A stretch of DNA of 64,000 nt, taken from Elsinoe ampelina. Taxonomy: Eukaryota. Position 1 is the first letter of the stretch. Each line of letters begins with the position of its first letter. The translations under genes were made by a program, and so were the position numbers. The notes beneath the pieces are model-generated. The model did no database searches. It was not told where the DNA came from and saw only the letters and a list, made by a program, of their open reading frames with translations. The stretch is from the NCBI GenBank assembly GCA_010093995.1, contig ML992502.1, positions 985,001 through 1,049,000 on the forward strand, read 5' to 3'. Below, piece by piece: positions 11,859-25,107 of the stretch.

Positions 11859-12444
11859 AAGGGACAGATGGATAAGGACATACTGATAGAGGAAAAGCAT
11901 GGAGCGAGAGGAGTCGGGTCGTGAGGGTATGGGTGTAGGTCAGACATGGACAGGACCCGCACAGCAAAGAGCTCTCGAGCCTAAGATGAGTACGGTGGCA
12001 CAATGGATGAGATCACTTGGGCCGGCTAGTCGGAGGCCAGTGACAGCGACAAGCTCGAGAAGGTCTATCGCAACCGACAAGACGACTAGACAAGGCGTTA
12101 GGCGCAGACCTCCCTCGTTCCCGGCGAGGCGCAACGGACGGTGGCACTCAGCGCCTCTCAAATCGGAAATTGTAGGTCAAGAAGGCTCAGGTACAGCATA
12201 GAAAGAGAATCGTTATCGCTACCCGCAGAAGAATCAACCCCATCCAGCAAACAAGCTCCTTTCCTCCGAAGATATCCTATACCAACTCAATCCCTCCACG
12301 ACCAAGTTCACTCTTCTCCACTTTCTCACCGCCAACCCTCCCCTTCCCCACTGCTCGATATACACTCCCCATCTTTCGCCTCCCCTCCCCTCCTCCCCTC
12401 CTCCTCTCCCTCCTTTCCTTCCTACTCGGCCCCTCTTATCCACC

Positions 12445-12919
12445 CTAACAATCACAATCCGCCAAACACTCGCAACACTCGAGACAGCACTCGCAGCTCT
12501 CCTCGCAGAGGAAGCAACAGCACAACGTCGCCAGACACGCAGTCAGACAGCCGCGATCCTTCTTCTGCTTCGGCGGGGGACCCTGTTGGTAGCCCTGTTG
12601 GTAACCCTGGGGGGCGTAGCCCATCTGTGGTTGTCAGCTTCTCTCAGAGCTATCAGTGAGAGGCATGGGGGATGCTGAGGCAGAGTGGACATGGGACTGG
12701 GAGAGGAACAGGCAATGAGGGAGACGTACCTGCGGCTGCTGGCCGTATCCTTGTGGGGGACCGTACTGGGGTTGGCCTTGCGGTGGACCGTAGTAGCTGC
12801 TGTTGTCAGTCGGGTTCTTGTGAGCAGTCGTAGCTGTCACGGAGGTCGCAATGCCTGGGACGAAAGACTCACGCTTGCTGAGGCGCCTGAGGACCGCCGT
12901 AGTATCCTTGGTTCGACAT
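12445..12919 (-). CDS. Small Pro/Gln/Tyr-rich, Cys-rich tail-anchored (CYSTM-type) protein
   Basis: Spliced product [98 protein letters not shown]. Introns start GTGAGT and GTACGT. The ORF track misses it. Confidence 0.85.
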
Positions 12920-13912
12920 GTTGACACGAAGCGATGCGCTGTCTGACTCGGTGCGGTCGTTGGCCGAGAAAGCTAGAAATGCTCCTTTCACTTATCCACA
13001 AGCGTCGAGTCGTCCAAAGAGTAATCTATCAATGCCGCGATCTCACAAGCAGCAGAACGAAAGAGCAAAAGAAAGACAGACGTCAGAAATGAAAGCTGAA
13101 TCTCCACGGGCGCCGACACGGGTTCACGAAAGAGGCAACCACGCATTTTCCCGTCCCACCCTTTCACTTCACTTCTGCATGATCGAATTTACGAGACCAG
13201 GGCGAGCTTGAGTCGCGGGGATGAGCCAATCGGGCTGTTTCGCGCTCGAGTTCGGCGCGAGCTTGGCGAAAGCTTGTCGAGGCTTACGCGTCGTTTGCGG
13301 CTCTGGGATGGATCTGGATCTGGATCGGAAGCTATTTGGGTCATGTCTGGTTGCGAGATTTGGGGGAGAGACAGTCTTGTATGGTGGACGTCTCGGTATG
13401 GTGGTATTGTGAATTGCGACAGCTGGATTTGTGGTTTGGACGTTGCTCGACGACACCGAGCTGGAGGGGGACGTGATTGTAATCGCCTACTCCGGCACGA
13501 AACTCCGATGCTTGAGTCTAGCCCTGAAGGATTTAATTCATGCGGCTGCTGGTCGTCCACAACAGGACGCCATGTGCTTGAAGACATGATTGCCGCATAC
13601 TCCATTCATTGCTGACTGCGCCTCAACGTGGCAGGTCATCTCAGCACTGACTGATGACACATGCACTGTGAACCATCGGCCAGATCCAGGGCTGCAGCAC
13701 CCGAAAGAGGAGTCGACTCCAGCTGATCAAAGCGTGGGCTTCACCGAGGGGGCCGAGAATTAAGCCCACCGGCGCTGCATTAGCGGTCATGGAGTGGGAC
13801 AGGCCGATACAAGGACGAGTCAGTTATTGATTGCTCCATGCGGGAAGTAGACATGCACGTCAGTTGGGTGGTCAGTATTTTAACTTCCGCGGAGCAAGGC
13901 GATGACTTGCAA

Positions 13913-13979
13913 GTTCTCCTGCAGAATGAGCCCATGTTACGGTTCTCCTGCAGAACGAGCCCATGTTACGGTAACATGG
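13913..13979. repeat. 29-bp tandem duplication followed by a 9-bp inverted copy
   Basis: GTTCTCCTGCAGAA(T/C)GAGCCCATGTTACG x2 (13913..13970), then GTAACATGG, the reverse complement of CCATGTTAC. Confidence 0.85.
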
Positions 13980-14540
13980 CATTCTTGTGTGGGCTCAGGT
14001 GTGGAACTTTGATCGTTGCGGCGCAGTCACAGGCAGCTTGCAGATACTTGCTTGTTGGTACACAAATGATGCATATGGCATTTGTTATGGTCGAGTCGAG
14101 AGAGGCGCCGTGCTCTCTCCCATGTGTGGCAAGCCCGTGGGCTGCTTTATGGATACTGAGATAATACAGTGACATGCACCCCTTTACCCAAAACCGCCGT
14201 GTTCCTTCCAAGGACCTGCCCAGCTTGAACCCATGCTCCGAGATTGAGATATCTTTTGCTGTTTCTCGCCTATGCTTGATTGCCCACCACAAACCCTCTT
14301 CAATCACAGTCCAAGTGGATGCGAGTCCAAAAAGCAATCCTACGTCCAACGTCGTGCTGAAAAAAAGTTTGTGCATTGTGAAATGAAGTTGTTGACCCGG
14401 TACGCCAAATGCTGTTGAGAGCTCGCACAGTCTACTGAGGTCGGCACTACCGACAACAGTCTCTCACGGGGTATCGAAGCCGAGCTCTTTTGTTTCCTTC
14501 ACACATGCATCCCAAAACTCCATGACTGTGTATATCGAGA

Positions 14541-16115
14541 TTACCGGACCTCGTAGCTGGATCGTGTTGGCAGAGCATACTCGACGCCTTGCATCGGAGC
14601 TGCGTGAGCTGCGTGAGCTGCGTAGGCGTTGTGGTGAGGCTGTTGATGTGGGTGCGCGGAGTGCTGTACCGGCGGTAGCGCACTGATATGCTGTGGTTGC
14701 CCATTCGGTTGTTGTGCTTGCTGCGACAAATGCGATGTGTATGCGCCATAAATGTGAGGATTGCCTGGCTCGAGCCGTCGTAGGCGTTCCTGCATGACGC
14801 AGATTTCGGTTCTGAATTGTTCATTCTCCTTGTGGAGCTCGCGAGCAAATTCCACGTCTCGCCGCAGGCGCTGTACCTCTTCATGGAGGTGTCGTTCTTG
14901 GTCGCGAGTGCTGCGAATGTAGTCAATCGCTAGGCCATGTCAGCTTGAAACAACTTGCATCACCTTTTAAAGCTTACCCTTGGACAATATTTCCCACTTG
15001 CTTGCCTTTGCACCACCATTAGTGGGCACAGCCTTGTTCAACTCCTCGAACAAATCCTTCATCTCGCTTCTTCGTTTCCGTTCCGCCAGCTTGTGACTGA
15101 CTCTGAGCTCCGGTGTCCTACTGTATCCACCAGGCGATCCGGCTCCTGGGTCACCAAGCATGGCCTCGTTCTGCAAAGCGGTGACCGCGCGATGTTGCAT
15201 TTGGTGGTGATGTGTCAAGGGTGTCTCGCCGGCTCTTGGCTCTTCTCCAATCGGCCCAATGATCTTCTGGAAAGCCATACCCTCCTCGAATTTGCGCTGG
15301 CCTGTTGGCATTGGAATCTCGTTGGAGAAGACGCTGCTTCTGACTGACGAGGCCGCAAAGCTGTTCTGCCGCGACATCTTCTGACTTTCGGAAGATTCGC
15401 TGCTCGATGCGCGGCGCTTCGGTCGGTCCTCAGAAGTAATGGCTAATGTCGAGTCCGGGAAAGCCCATGGGAAACCCTGTACTGGTCGCGAAGACGTCGG
15501 ATCTGGGGCGCCAAATTGACGAGGGTTGGGCACAATCGGGGGTGCAACTCGCGTCGAGGAGTGAGATTCCTGTTGGCGCAATTCAGATCTTGAACTCAAT
15601 GGCGACAAGGTCTGTTGACCTTCTGGTCTACGTAAGCTGGCAGCCAGGGATACTTGGGAGGGATGCTGACTCTCATAGGGAGACAACGGCTGTTGGATGG
15701 CAAGATTGTTGAAACCCGAATGCATCCTGCTGTCCACGCTGCTTCGGCGGGATTCATGAGCGTTGTGGTACTCGACCGACTGGCGAAGACTGTCGCGTTG
15801 AGCATGATGATCACCGCCTTGACTTATCGATGGAAGCTGGTTTGGGTGTGAGAGACGACTCGAGGTTGGTGTACTCGGCACAGAGCTTCTAACCTGAGAT
15901 TCTTCTGGGTTCAATAGTGTCGAGACGTGCAGTCCACTGTTGATAGACGTGTGCTTGCTCTGTGGGTTGAGCCACGCCCCCGAGTCTCGAGCTGGCGGGC
16001 CATGTGGCGAGTGTTGGGACGGCGGTGGCAAGCCATTGGTGAGAGAGGTAATCGAGGGCAAAGCATGCGATGGCGAGGTATGATGAGGGTTATGCTGGGC
16101 GTGAGGTGACTCCAT
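14541..16115 (-). CDS. devR: bHLH transcription factor, DevR/Esc1-like
   Basis: YSRTPELRVSHKLAERKRRSEMKDLFEELNKAVP...KASKWEILSK, intron 14930..14977, then AIDYIR...coiled coil...LEPGNPHIYG. Long Ser/Pro-rich N-terminus with PWAFPD. Confidence 0.8.
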
Positions 16116-17211
16116 GGCTGCAGATGTGGATGGCTAGCGATGAAGCTGAGCCTACAGCACAAATGACGAGATAAAAGACCGACCCGTGCGTGGGATGGGA
16201 AAGCTTGTGTACTTTAATCAAAAAGGAACCCCAAATGGTCCGTGATTAGAGGCGATGGAACGTGTTCGGTCGGACTGCTGTAATGGGCGAGCACAGATGT
16301 CGAGATGATGAACAAGAGATCGAATGAAGGATGCGGGAAGAAAGGATTGCGCGTGGAACTGTTGCAGCGGTTGACGATTGAATTGCAAAAACGGAGCGTG
16401 GGTGCAGCGGTCAGTACTGTCCTCCTTCGTGGGATAACGTCCTGAGGCCAACGGCGGAAGATGTGAGAGGTGGATATGGCCTTGATGTGTGAGGCCAAAT
16501 TGAGCAAGCGAGTTTAGCAACGCCTCCACGATCCAAACTTTGAGAGCGGGATTCGCCCTTTAACGATGAACCACCGACCGAGTATTGCTCGAGGAGAGAG
16601 ACCAGGAGACAAAAATCGGGTGGTTACGACAGTAGCGAAGACTTGGGGGAGTGGTGGTGGTGCGCGAGGTCGGAGTGTGTCGGTCCAAGAAGAGTAGCCA
16701 GTGTCACGGTCACTCCCTTTGCGAGCTACGACCGATTCGTCGGGCTTCTGTCGAGATCGAAAAGTGAAGAAACTACCAGTAATGCTGTCCCATGCCGCGG
16801 GCAATCCTTTGTTTGCGAGAATGTGCCTTGCATCAAACGTCTCTGGGCGGTGCGACAAGGTGGGTACGATGTGCCTCCCGCGTGCGAGGGTAGTAGTGAC
16901 TAGCGGTCGAGTCGTTGCGATTGGATGTCTGGCCGATCACACAGCAGGGCAGATGACGGGCGAGGAGCGGCAGCCAAACGTCAACGTCCTGGGATTGCTC
17001 AGACAGGCGGGCGGGCAAAGGAGAATAGGAGATGCAGCGTGCAGAAGAGAGAAGTATTGGAGCGCGTGGGGAAGCAGCTGTAGAAAGGACAGGTCCGACA
17101 GGGCAAGGTTGAAGATGTGGACGAAAGAGAGTGAGGTGGGTCGGTGGTGTGTGCTCTTGTGTCTCTGGCCGGGGTGACACCAAGTTGACACTGGAACGCT
17201 GTCAAAGGGGG

Positions 17212-17251
17212 NNNNNNNNNNNNNNNNNNNNNNNNNNNNNNNNNNNNNNNN
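17212..17251. other. Assembly gap (40 N)
   Basis: Run of N preceded by a G run. Confidence 1.
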
Positions 17252-20200
17252 AAGGGCGTGTTCGTCGTCTCAAAAAGCAGCAGACAGGCACCGAAAAGAC
17301 CAGGGTGCACAAGCAGGGTTTAGAGCAACGTCTTTTGCTGCGCAGATTAGAGAGAGAGAAAGCCTTCCAAGCAAGACGCACGACGCAAGGGTCGACGGTC
17401 GACCTCAGCAGCCAAAAAGGTCCAAAAGCCTGGGCGCGCGAGCCTTTCCTGTTTGGTGCCGTCGATCTCCAGCGAGATCCACTTTTCTTCACGTGCTTGA
17501 CGGAAGGTCAAACCCAAACAGGCTTAGTCTTCTGTCGGCTGTGGTGCCCTGAGCGCCTGCAGCGATGCGACCTTTCGCATTTCACACAAAAAGGAGCTGA
17601 TGGATCTCCGCCGCCTCTGGGGTAGCTTTGGTTTCGTCGGCACCACATGATTTCAGTTTGTGCGAAGATCATGGCTGATGACGAGAATTATTCAGGTGGC
17701 GAGCACTACACAACTATCATCAGTGGTGGTAGTCTTTTGTGGTTGTGGCGTTCCGGAGGTCAAGCCAGCCGTTATCCACCTTGAGAGGCCTTGCTCCCTC
17801 CAACCTGATCCATTTAGGGTAATAGGTCTAGCAGGATTGAGATACCAAAATTCCAATTGCTCAGCAGGACAATCGGGGCCGTTGACCTAATAACCTTGAT
17901 GTGTATAGACTATCATCCGCCACAAAACGTGCCATGTTAACGGTCTTTTGTTCGGAGTTCCAGCCGTGCATATGCATGCCAGTGATACGGGCGAAAGAGG
18001 CACCCCCATGTGCTATTGGGACTGCCGTTCAGTCACCCGCCGTAGGGCAATCACACACACGCCGCGGACTGTTGCAATCGTATAACAACGTTGGACAACC
18101 ACATTGCCGCCGAAATATATGCCTTGGCATAGTCGATACCCATCAGTCATGATAGATCTGCATGTGGTCGATCACGGCTGTGGTGCTCCAGCCGTGTCTC
18201 TCGCCACTCGCTTTCACAGACTCAAGGGCAGGTGACACGGCTCCAGACGATGATTTTCACAAAACAGAATCTGGGACAGGGAGAACCCATGACTCTTGTC
18301 ACCTGCAAAAGCACGAACCATGTTTGAGCCACCAAAGCGTGTGCTTCTCCAGAATCACCACTCGAGTCGCAAAGACCGGTCGATCAATCATTGGCCCTCG
18401 AACAGGTCCGATAGCAGATAGTATACTTGTGCAAAGTATCTGACGAATGGCAGTGAAGAGTGCCACGCGCCTGTATAACAGTAGCACATCCAAAAGTAGG
18501 TGGGTACTAATGGAAGCGTCATCTGGCAGTAGTACAGTACCTACTACCGTATCACTCTCCTGCATGACCTAGCTGTAGCCGGGAATCTCAGGACATTACA
18601 GAGCTCTGCTTATTCCCACGGCCGTGGACATCCGGCTGAAAGCGTCGTGCCTAGCGTCAGGGCTAGCTAGCTCCATGTTGGCTATCCCACGACCAGACAA
18701 TTATTTACGATCCGTGGAGTCGTCGACGGAAGCCTCGTCGATCCCTCTGATGTTCAACACGGCAAGGCAGCCGTGGTACCCACCTTGTGTTCACCCAGGC
18801 CCGCAACGAGCTGCTGCTTGAGAAATGGATGATCCAATCTTCCGTCGTAATCGTCACACAAGGCCTCCGTGTATTTGCAGTCCTACCAGGTCCTTGGGCT
18901 ACAACTGTTGGGGATGAATTGTCGACACCGAACGCAACGCTAACACCCAAGACGTTCGTTGCAAGACGCCACCCGCATGCGAGTGATGATTCGGAGATTC
19001 CTTCGATGCCCTAGAATCTGGTCTAAAGGAAGGTGGCTGGAATCACCAATCTCACACCACACCAATCGACTCCCGTCTTGGCTGCAGGTGTCCGCTTGCC
19101 AGATGCAACAATAGCACACGGATCGCTTTGAAAGCTGAGCATCGTCGACCGCCGTCATCTGCGACGACAGGCTCGGACGGCATAGAGCTTGTACATTTTG
19201 ACAGTACCTGTTGTGATTGACATCAGCTAAAGTGCAAGTCTACCGAACCCAGCTGACGCTATTGAGTGCATTTAGGGCAAGAATTCGAGTCTCCCCTGTG
19301 GTAGATGCAACATCAGGTATGATCACGTCTCCACTACGGTCCAGCATCCAGAATCCTATCCAAGTTTGTCGGTTTCACTTGCATGTCGATTGTGGACCTG
19401 CAGCGGTGCCGGTCGAGCTGCAAGCCCTCATCTCGAGCTGGAAGAGGATCTGCGGTTGAACCTTGCAAATCCCTGGGAGGACATCCCGCAACGTGGTTCC
19501 CCTTCTCTGTCGCGTGGAGCCAACCAAATCTCTGCAGCGGCCATCTCGGCGCCTTGGTCGACGCCCTCGGGGGTCGGCCTCATCTCTTTTCTCTGCCCGC
19601 GAGGTTGACGATCACCTCGCCTGGTAAGACCCTCTCACGGCTCTCCAACCGGTGCCGCTGGCTTGTAGCCCAAATGCTACCATCCAGTGAACCACCATCA
19701 TGTCCAACAAGTCAGGGCTGGTGGTCCGTCTCGGTGATCGTTCGCCTTCACCCACATTTGACCCTTTCGCTGGTAAATTACCGAACTCAATTGAGGAAGG
19801 TACTCCGTCAATCCATGCAGATTTCGAATGCGACGAGATGGCTCTGCTCTTCGCTTGGGGATGCAGCAACCTACCTCGCTACCGACAATTCAGTCTCGAG
19901 GTCATAGACCAGATCTTAGCAGCTGGATGCGACAGACGAGCCGAAAGCATAACATCTCCCTCGGGGCCTTATGAGAGGAGGCATGTGAAGGTGGTTCATA
20001 CTACTCTTGGCCAGGAATGCTGCACAATGCACGTTGTAATCATGAGGAATTCGGCTGTGTCGCGTGGACTTTCATTCCGCCTACGAAAAACGTGTCACTG
20101 TACAGTGTCTACGGCTTCCGAGGCAAAAGCGCGAACCGAATGCTGATTTTTGATTGCTGTTCATCAATCGTGCATAAGGATTCGCATGCCTGAGGAACCT

Positions 20201-20321
20201 CGGAATTCTGTTCGGCGGAGTTGGCGAGAGAGCTCCGAAATCTTGGCAATCAAAAACTTGTCCGTCCTTCGTGTGCTTCATCCTGCTGCCAATATCAGCT
20301 CGGTAATCACACTTGATTGTC

Positions 20322-22401
20322 ATGAAGCGAAAGCACGAGACCGAAGACACTCTTCAGAATGGGTCTGTCACCAAGGTGCCCAAGAAGAACGCCCCAGTAG
20401 ACTCGGATTTCGCAGCGGGTCTGCTGTCGAGGACCACTATAGAAAAATACACAGGTAGCTATGCAAGCTCAGGACCGTAAGCAATTTCATTTTCTACCTC
20501 GCCTGCATCCCAGTACTGAGTAAAGAAGCTATAAACATGCAGTCGTCCAGCCTCTTATATCAGACGACCTCCTCCGATCTGTCCGCAAAGAAATCATTGA
20601 CAACATCCACTTCACCCCCAAGGAGACGGATATCTACCGCATCTTCCAATCTGGCGACCTTGCCAACCTTGACGGACTTCCAGAGTCTGCCTTGAGTCGT
20701 CTTCCATCTCTGCTGCGATTGCGTGACGCATTGTACTCACCAGACTTTCGGTCATGGATAAGCAAGGTATCTGGAGCAGGACCTGTATCAGGGAAGAAGA
20801 CGGATATGGCGATCAACGTATACAAGCCTGGCTGCCACCTTCTCTGCCACGATGATGTGATTGGGAGTCGCCGGGTCAGCTACATCCTGTATCTCACCGA
20901 TCCAGATCGACCTTGGAAAGCTGGGTGGGGAGGTGCTTTGCGATTGTACCCAACCGAGCAGAAAGTGACCGAGGATGGGAGAAAGGTCAAAGTACCAGAT
21001 CCACAGTGGACAAAGGTCATACCGCCCGCGTGGAATCAGCTGTCCTTCTTCGCGGTGCAACCGGGGGAGAGCTTTCACGATGTCGAGGAAGTGTATCACC
21101 AAAAGGAAGGAGAGGAGGAAGATGACGGAGGCCGCGTACGTATGGCGATCAGTGGATGGTTCCATATACCACAAGAGGGAGAGGATGGGTATGAGGAGGG
21201 TCTAGAGGAGAAGCTTGCCGGGCAAAGCTCGTTGCAGCAGCTGCAGGCAAAAAATGATGCTCTTGATCTTCCACAGCTGGACTTTGTCGAGCCGAGAGAA
21301 GTGGTCGAGACCGCAGCCGGGGACGACGAGGATGAAGATGAAGGGCTCTCGCAAGCTGACCTCGACTTCTTGCTCAAATTTATGACGCCTCAGTACCTCA
21401 CACCCGACACGGTGGAAGAGCTGAACGACCTCTTCAATGAAGAATCCAGTCTTCAACTCGCCAACATCCTCTCGACCAAGATCATCTCCCGCCTCAAATC
21501 CCAAATCCTCGAACTCGAGCACCTTGACCAGTCAAACAGCACCTGGTCCACCGCCTCTCCACCACACAAACACCGCTACCTCTATCGCAAGCCTGATCCG
21601 ACCCTCACTCCTTCCGAGGACGACATCCTCTCCTCCATCATCAACGTCTTCCTCCCCTCCACCTCCTTCCACAAATGGCTCTCCCTCGCCACCGGCCTCT
21701 CCATCGGTCCCTCCGCCCACCTCGCCCGCCGCTTCCGCAAAGGAGTAGACTACACGCTCGCCACCGCCCACGAAGACGACAACATGCAGCTAGAATGGTG
21801 CCTCAACCTCGCCCCATCAAAAGGCTGGACCGGCACCGACCCCTCAGGCGAAGACGGCGAGGACACCACCCCCGCCACCTCCAACGGCAACAACACCACC
21901 AACCCCCCCGGCCCGACCATCGAAGGCGAAGACCCCCCCAACCCAGGCGGCTACGAACTCTACATGGCCGCCGACGACGCCGACGACGCCGCCTCGGACG
22001 CAGACTCGGACTCGGGCGTCCCCCTCCCCTCCCACGCCGGCCAACAACCAGCCTCCAGCAGCACAGGCGGCGGCCACCGCCGCCAACTCCACAAGTCCTC
22101 GTCCCGCTCGAACGGCAAAAAAGCAGACCCGGCCGTCTACAAAGCCGCGGGCGGCGAAGACGAGGACGATGGGATTTTGTTCACGAACCCGGCGGGGTGG
22201 AATAGTTTGAGCGTGGTGTTGAGGGATAAGGGGACGTTGAGGTTCGTCAAGTATGTGAGTCGGAATGCGCCGGGGGATAGGTGGGATGTGGTGGGGTGTG
22301 CGGAGGTGGAGGGCGGGGAGAGTGAAGATGAGGAGGAGGGGGAGGAGGCGGGAGAGGAGGACGATGAGGATGAAGATGGGGACGAGGACGGTGAGGAGTG
22401 A
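20322..22401 (+). CDS. TPA1: 2OG-Fe(II) prolyl 3,4-dihydroxylase Tpa1/OGFOD1
   Basis: MKRK...GP, intron 20477..20528, YKHAVV...FTPKETDIYRIFQSGDLANLDGL...HLLCHDDVIGSRRVSYILYL...WGGALRLY...SFHDVEEV...RMAISGWFH; C-terminal ARRFRKGVDYTLAT...WNSLSVVLRDKGTLRFVKYVS. Confidence 0.95.
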
Positions 22402-22512
22402 TGAATGAATGTATATCGTGGTGGAGTCATCTCGGATTTACTGTCGGCTCTGCGGCACGAACATATCCCTGTCCCATGCTCGAGCACAACTCTAGATACT
22501 GAATATAACCGT

Positions 22513-24265
22513 CTATGACCGTGCTTCCTCCCCATCCTCCCTCCTATCCCCCTTCTCCACCTCCTCCCCCTTCTTCCACCCCGTCGACGCTTGCAAAAAT
22601 ATAATCGACGCCGCAATCACCGCCGCCCCCAACCACAACGCTTTGAGCGCAACTGTATACCCCTCCGCCGCCGCCTCTTTCTCCAATCCGGACAAATCCC
22701 TCACCAAGGCCGGACTGCCCAGCAACTTCCTGGTCAGTCCTTCGCGGGGCTGGATCCCGCGCTGTGCAAATTGCTCTGTCAGTGCGTCTCGGAGGACGCG
22801 GACGAAGTACCCTCCCCCTGCTGCGGAGGCGAATGAGCCGGCGAAGCCACGGAAGGTGGCGACGAGGGAGGTGGCCATGAAGTGAGTGCTTTTTGGCGTG
22901 AGATGAAGGAGGTGGGCAAAGGTGTAGTTGAGGCTGGCGCCGGTGATGAAGCCGTTGGTGAAGACGAGGAAGACGTATAGAGCAGGAGAGGAGGTGGCAG
23001 AGGAGGTGAGGGAGAGGACAAGGAAGGTGATGGGGAAGAGGATGTAGGTGATTAATGCGGGGCTGATAGGAGTCAGTGGAGAGCGTAAAGGTGGGAGGGG
23101 GTTACTTACGTGTAGAAGCTGCCGTTGCGTTTGATGTGGAGCCAGCCGACGAGGAGACCACCAGCGGCGAAGCCTGCATTGGTAGGGATGAGGATGGCGC
23201 CGCCAGTAGCGGGCGACCAGCCTCGTACGGCAATGGCGTATGTGGGTGTGTAGAAGAGGACAGTCCAGCGGGACATCATGTAGCCGACTGTGGCCGCACA
23301 GGTGAAGAAGAGGCCCCTGGAACGCAGCAAGCTGATAGGGATGATGGGCTCGCTAGCGTAGTAGACTTCGATGACAACAAAGGCAGCGAGGATGATCAGG
23401 GACAAGATGATGGGCCATATCGGGATTCTTGTTGGTGATGATATGGCCAGAAGCATCAAGACGATGCTTAGAGTCTGACCAGCATTAGTAGAGTTGATGC
23501 CTCCGTGTTTCAACACAATCTTACCAGAGTGGCAGCTCCGAGATAATCTTGACCGGCCAGTCGCTTCAACATGGTCTCATCGCTTGCCTGTTGAGCCTTG
23601 GTACCAAAGTCCTTCGGTATAATGAACAGAATGAGGATGCCGCAAAAGACAGATATCGGACTTTGCATCCAGAACAATGGACGCCAGCCAGTGACTGGGA
23701 GTAGAGCTCCCGCTACCGTAGCTCCAGCAGAGACACCAACGGTCATGAGCATATTCATGACACCAATGAGAAGACCTCTTTGCTCCGGTGTAGCCAGATC
23801 CAAAACAATTATCACAGCTACAGTGAAGATGCCAGAAGCCCCTGTGCCGGTGGCAGCTCTTCCTACCACAAATCCTGTAAAATCGGTAACAAAGGCCGTC
23901 GCGAGAGTACCAATGGCAAGTATTATGGTTGAAATGAATATGGATATCCTTGGAGAAAGTATTTGAGCCAGTTTCCCATTAATTGGTGCAGCACTCGACA
24001 TGGCAATGAGGTAGGATGAGGTGAACCAGCTGGCCTCTTCAAAGGCATCCAAATCAGAGGCGATTGCGGATTGTGTGACTGTTAGAAGACTTATATTTGT
24101 TGCTTGTAGCATGATCAAGATTCCCAGGACGCCGACACACGCCACTGCCCTCGACGTCGATATTGGCTTGGTCTTGACCACGACCTCGTCATCGAGGACA
24201 GGTGCCTCGGACCATCGACGCAGGAGTGGTGACCGCTCGGAGACATTGTCGTTGGAAGCAGACAT
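22513..24265 (-). CDS. MFS DHA2-type transporter, vacuolar basic amino acid transporter (Vba)-like
   Basis: N-terminal ERSPLL sorting motif; IASDLDAFEEASWFTSSYLIAMS...GRAATGTGASG...RGLLIG...GWRPLFWMQ.P; many TM segments across spliced ORFs 23510..24265, 23106..23516 and 22513..22878. Confidence 0.85.
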
Positions 24266-25107
24266 TCAACTGTCTTGAGACGGCTTCCCTATCCTTGAAC
24301 GTGGTGATGTTTCTGCTTGTTGCTTCTCCGAGATTATGTCCGAGGTCTGAAATCGATGTCCTGGATCGGCCAGCGCAGTAGGCTGTCAGAGATGAGGAAG
24401 GCCGCGAATTTGAATGAGTACCCAGGCCAGTCCACGTTTAGATGCTATCGGCATGCAATGAAGAACGACATGAAGGAATCAGGAGAGGCTGGAGTGGTTT
24501 GTCAGCGTCACCAAGAGCCATCAGATCGACCGTTCCCTCCGAGCCGCGATAGCCGCAAGGTACTACCACTTCACCGACATGGAATGAACCGTGGCAGAAC
24601 CGATGCTGGTAACTCCTGGCATGTGTAGAAAGTGGATGATGCATGTCAATTTGCATTAGCTCAACCATGTATCATATTGAGAACGGCACGTGACGCTCGA
24701 GGTTGTGCAGGTCCGTTGCGGCTCAAGGCTGACTGCAACCTCGGCCAGCCCTGTATATTCGCAGGTCGAGCATACTTCACCTGACAGCATTCCCAGCTTT
24801 GCAGTTTCATAAATCGTGTCAGATCCCAAACGCGACAAGTAAAAGGTTCCTGGTGTGACACGTAGATCTCTTGCCCAAAGAAACGGGCGACACGCGGAAA
24901 CCCTGAAGCGCGGGCAAAGCGGCGTCACCTCAGGCGTGGAGCTCCAAAGTTGCCGAACAACCTCAGCACAGCTGGCTGTTCAACTTTCCGGCCGCCTGAT
25001 CATTCTTCATCTACAGCACCGGCCACGCCTCGTCACCATCACTGGAGTTGATACGAGCACAGTACAGATGACCTCCAACTAATGTATCCATCACATTCGC
25101 TACAACG

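Noticed and set aside
13650..13730. CTGATGA...CTGA box C/D-like pair with a GGAGTCGACTCC palindrome
   Set aside because: Imperfect C box, no convincing terminal stem, no recognisable rRNA guide.
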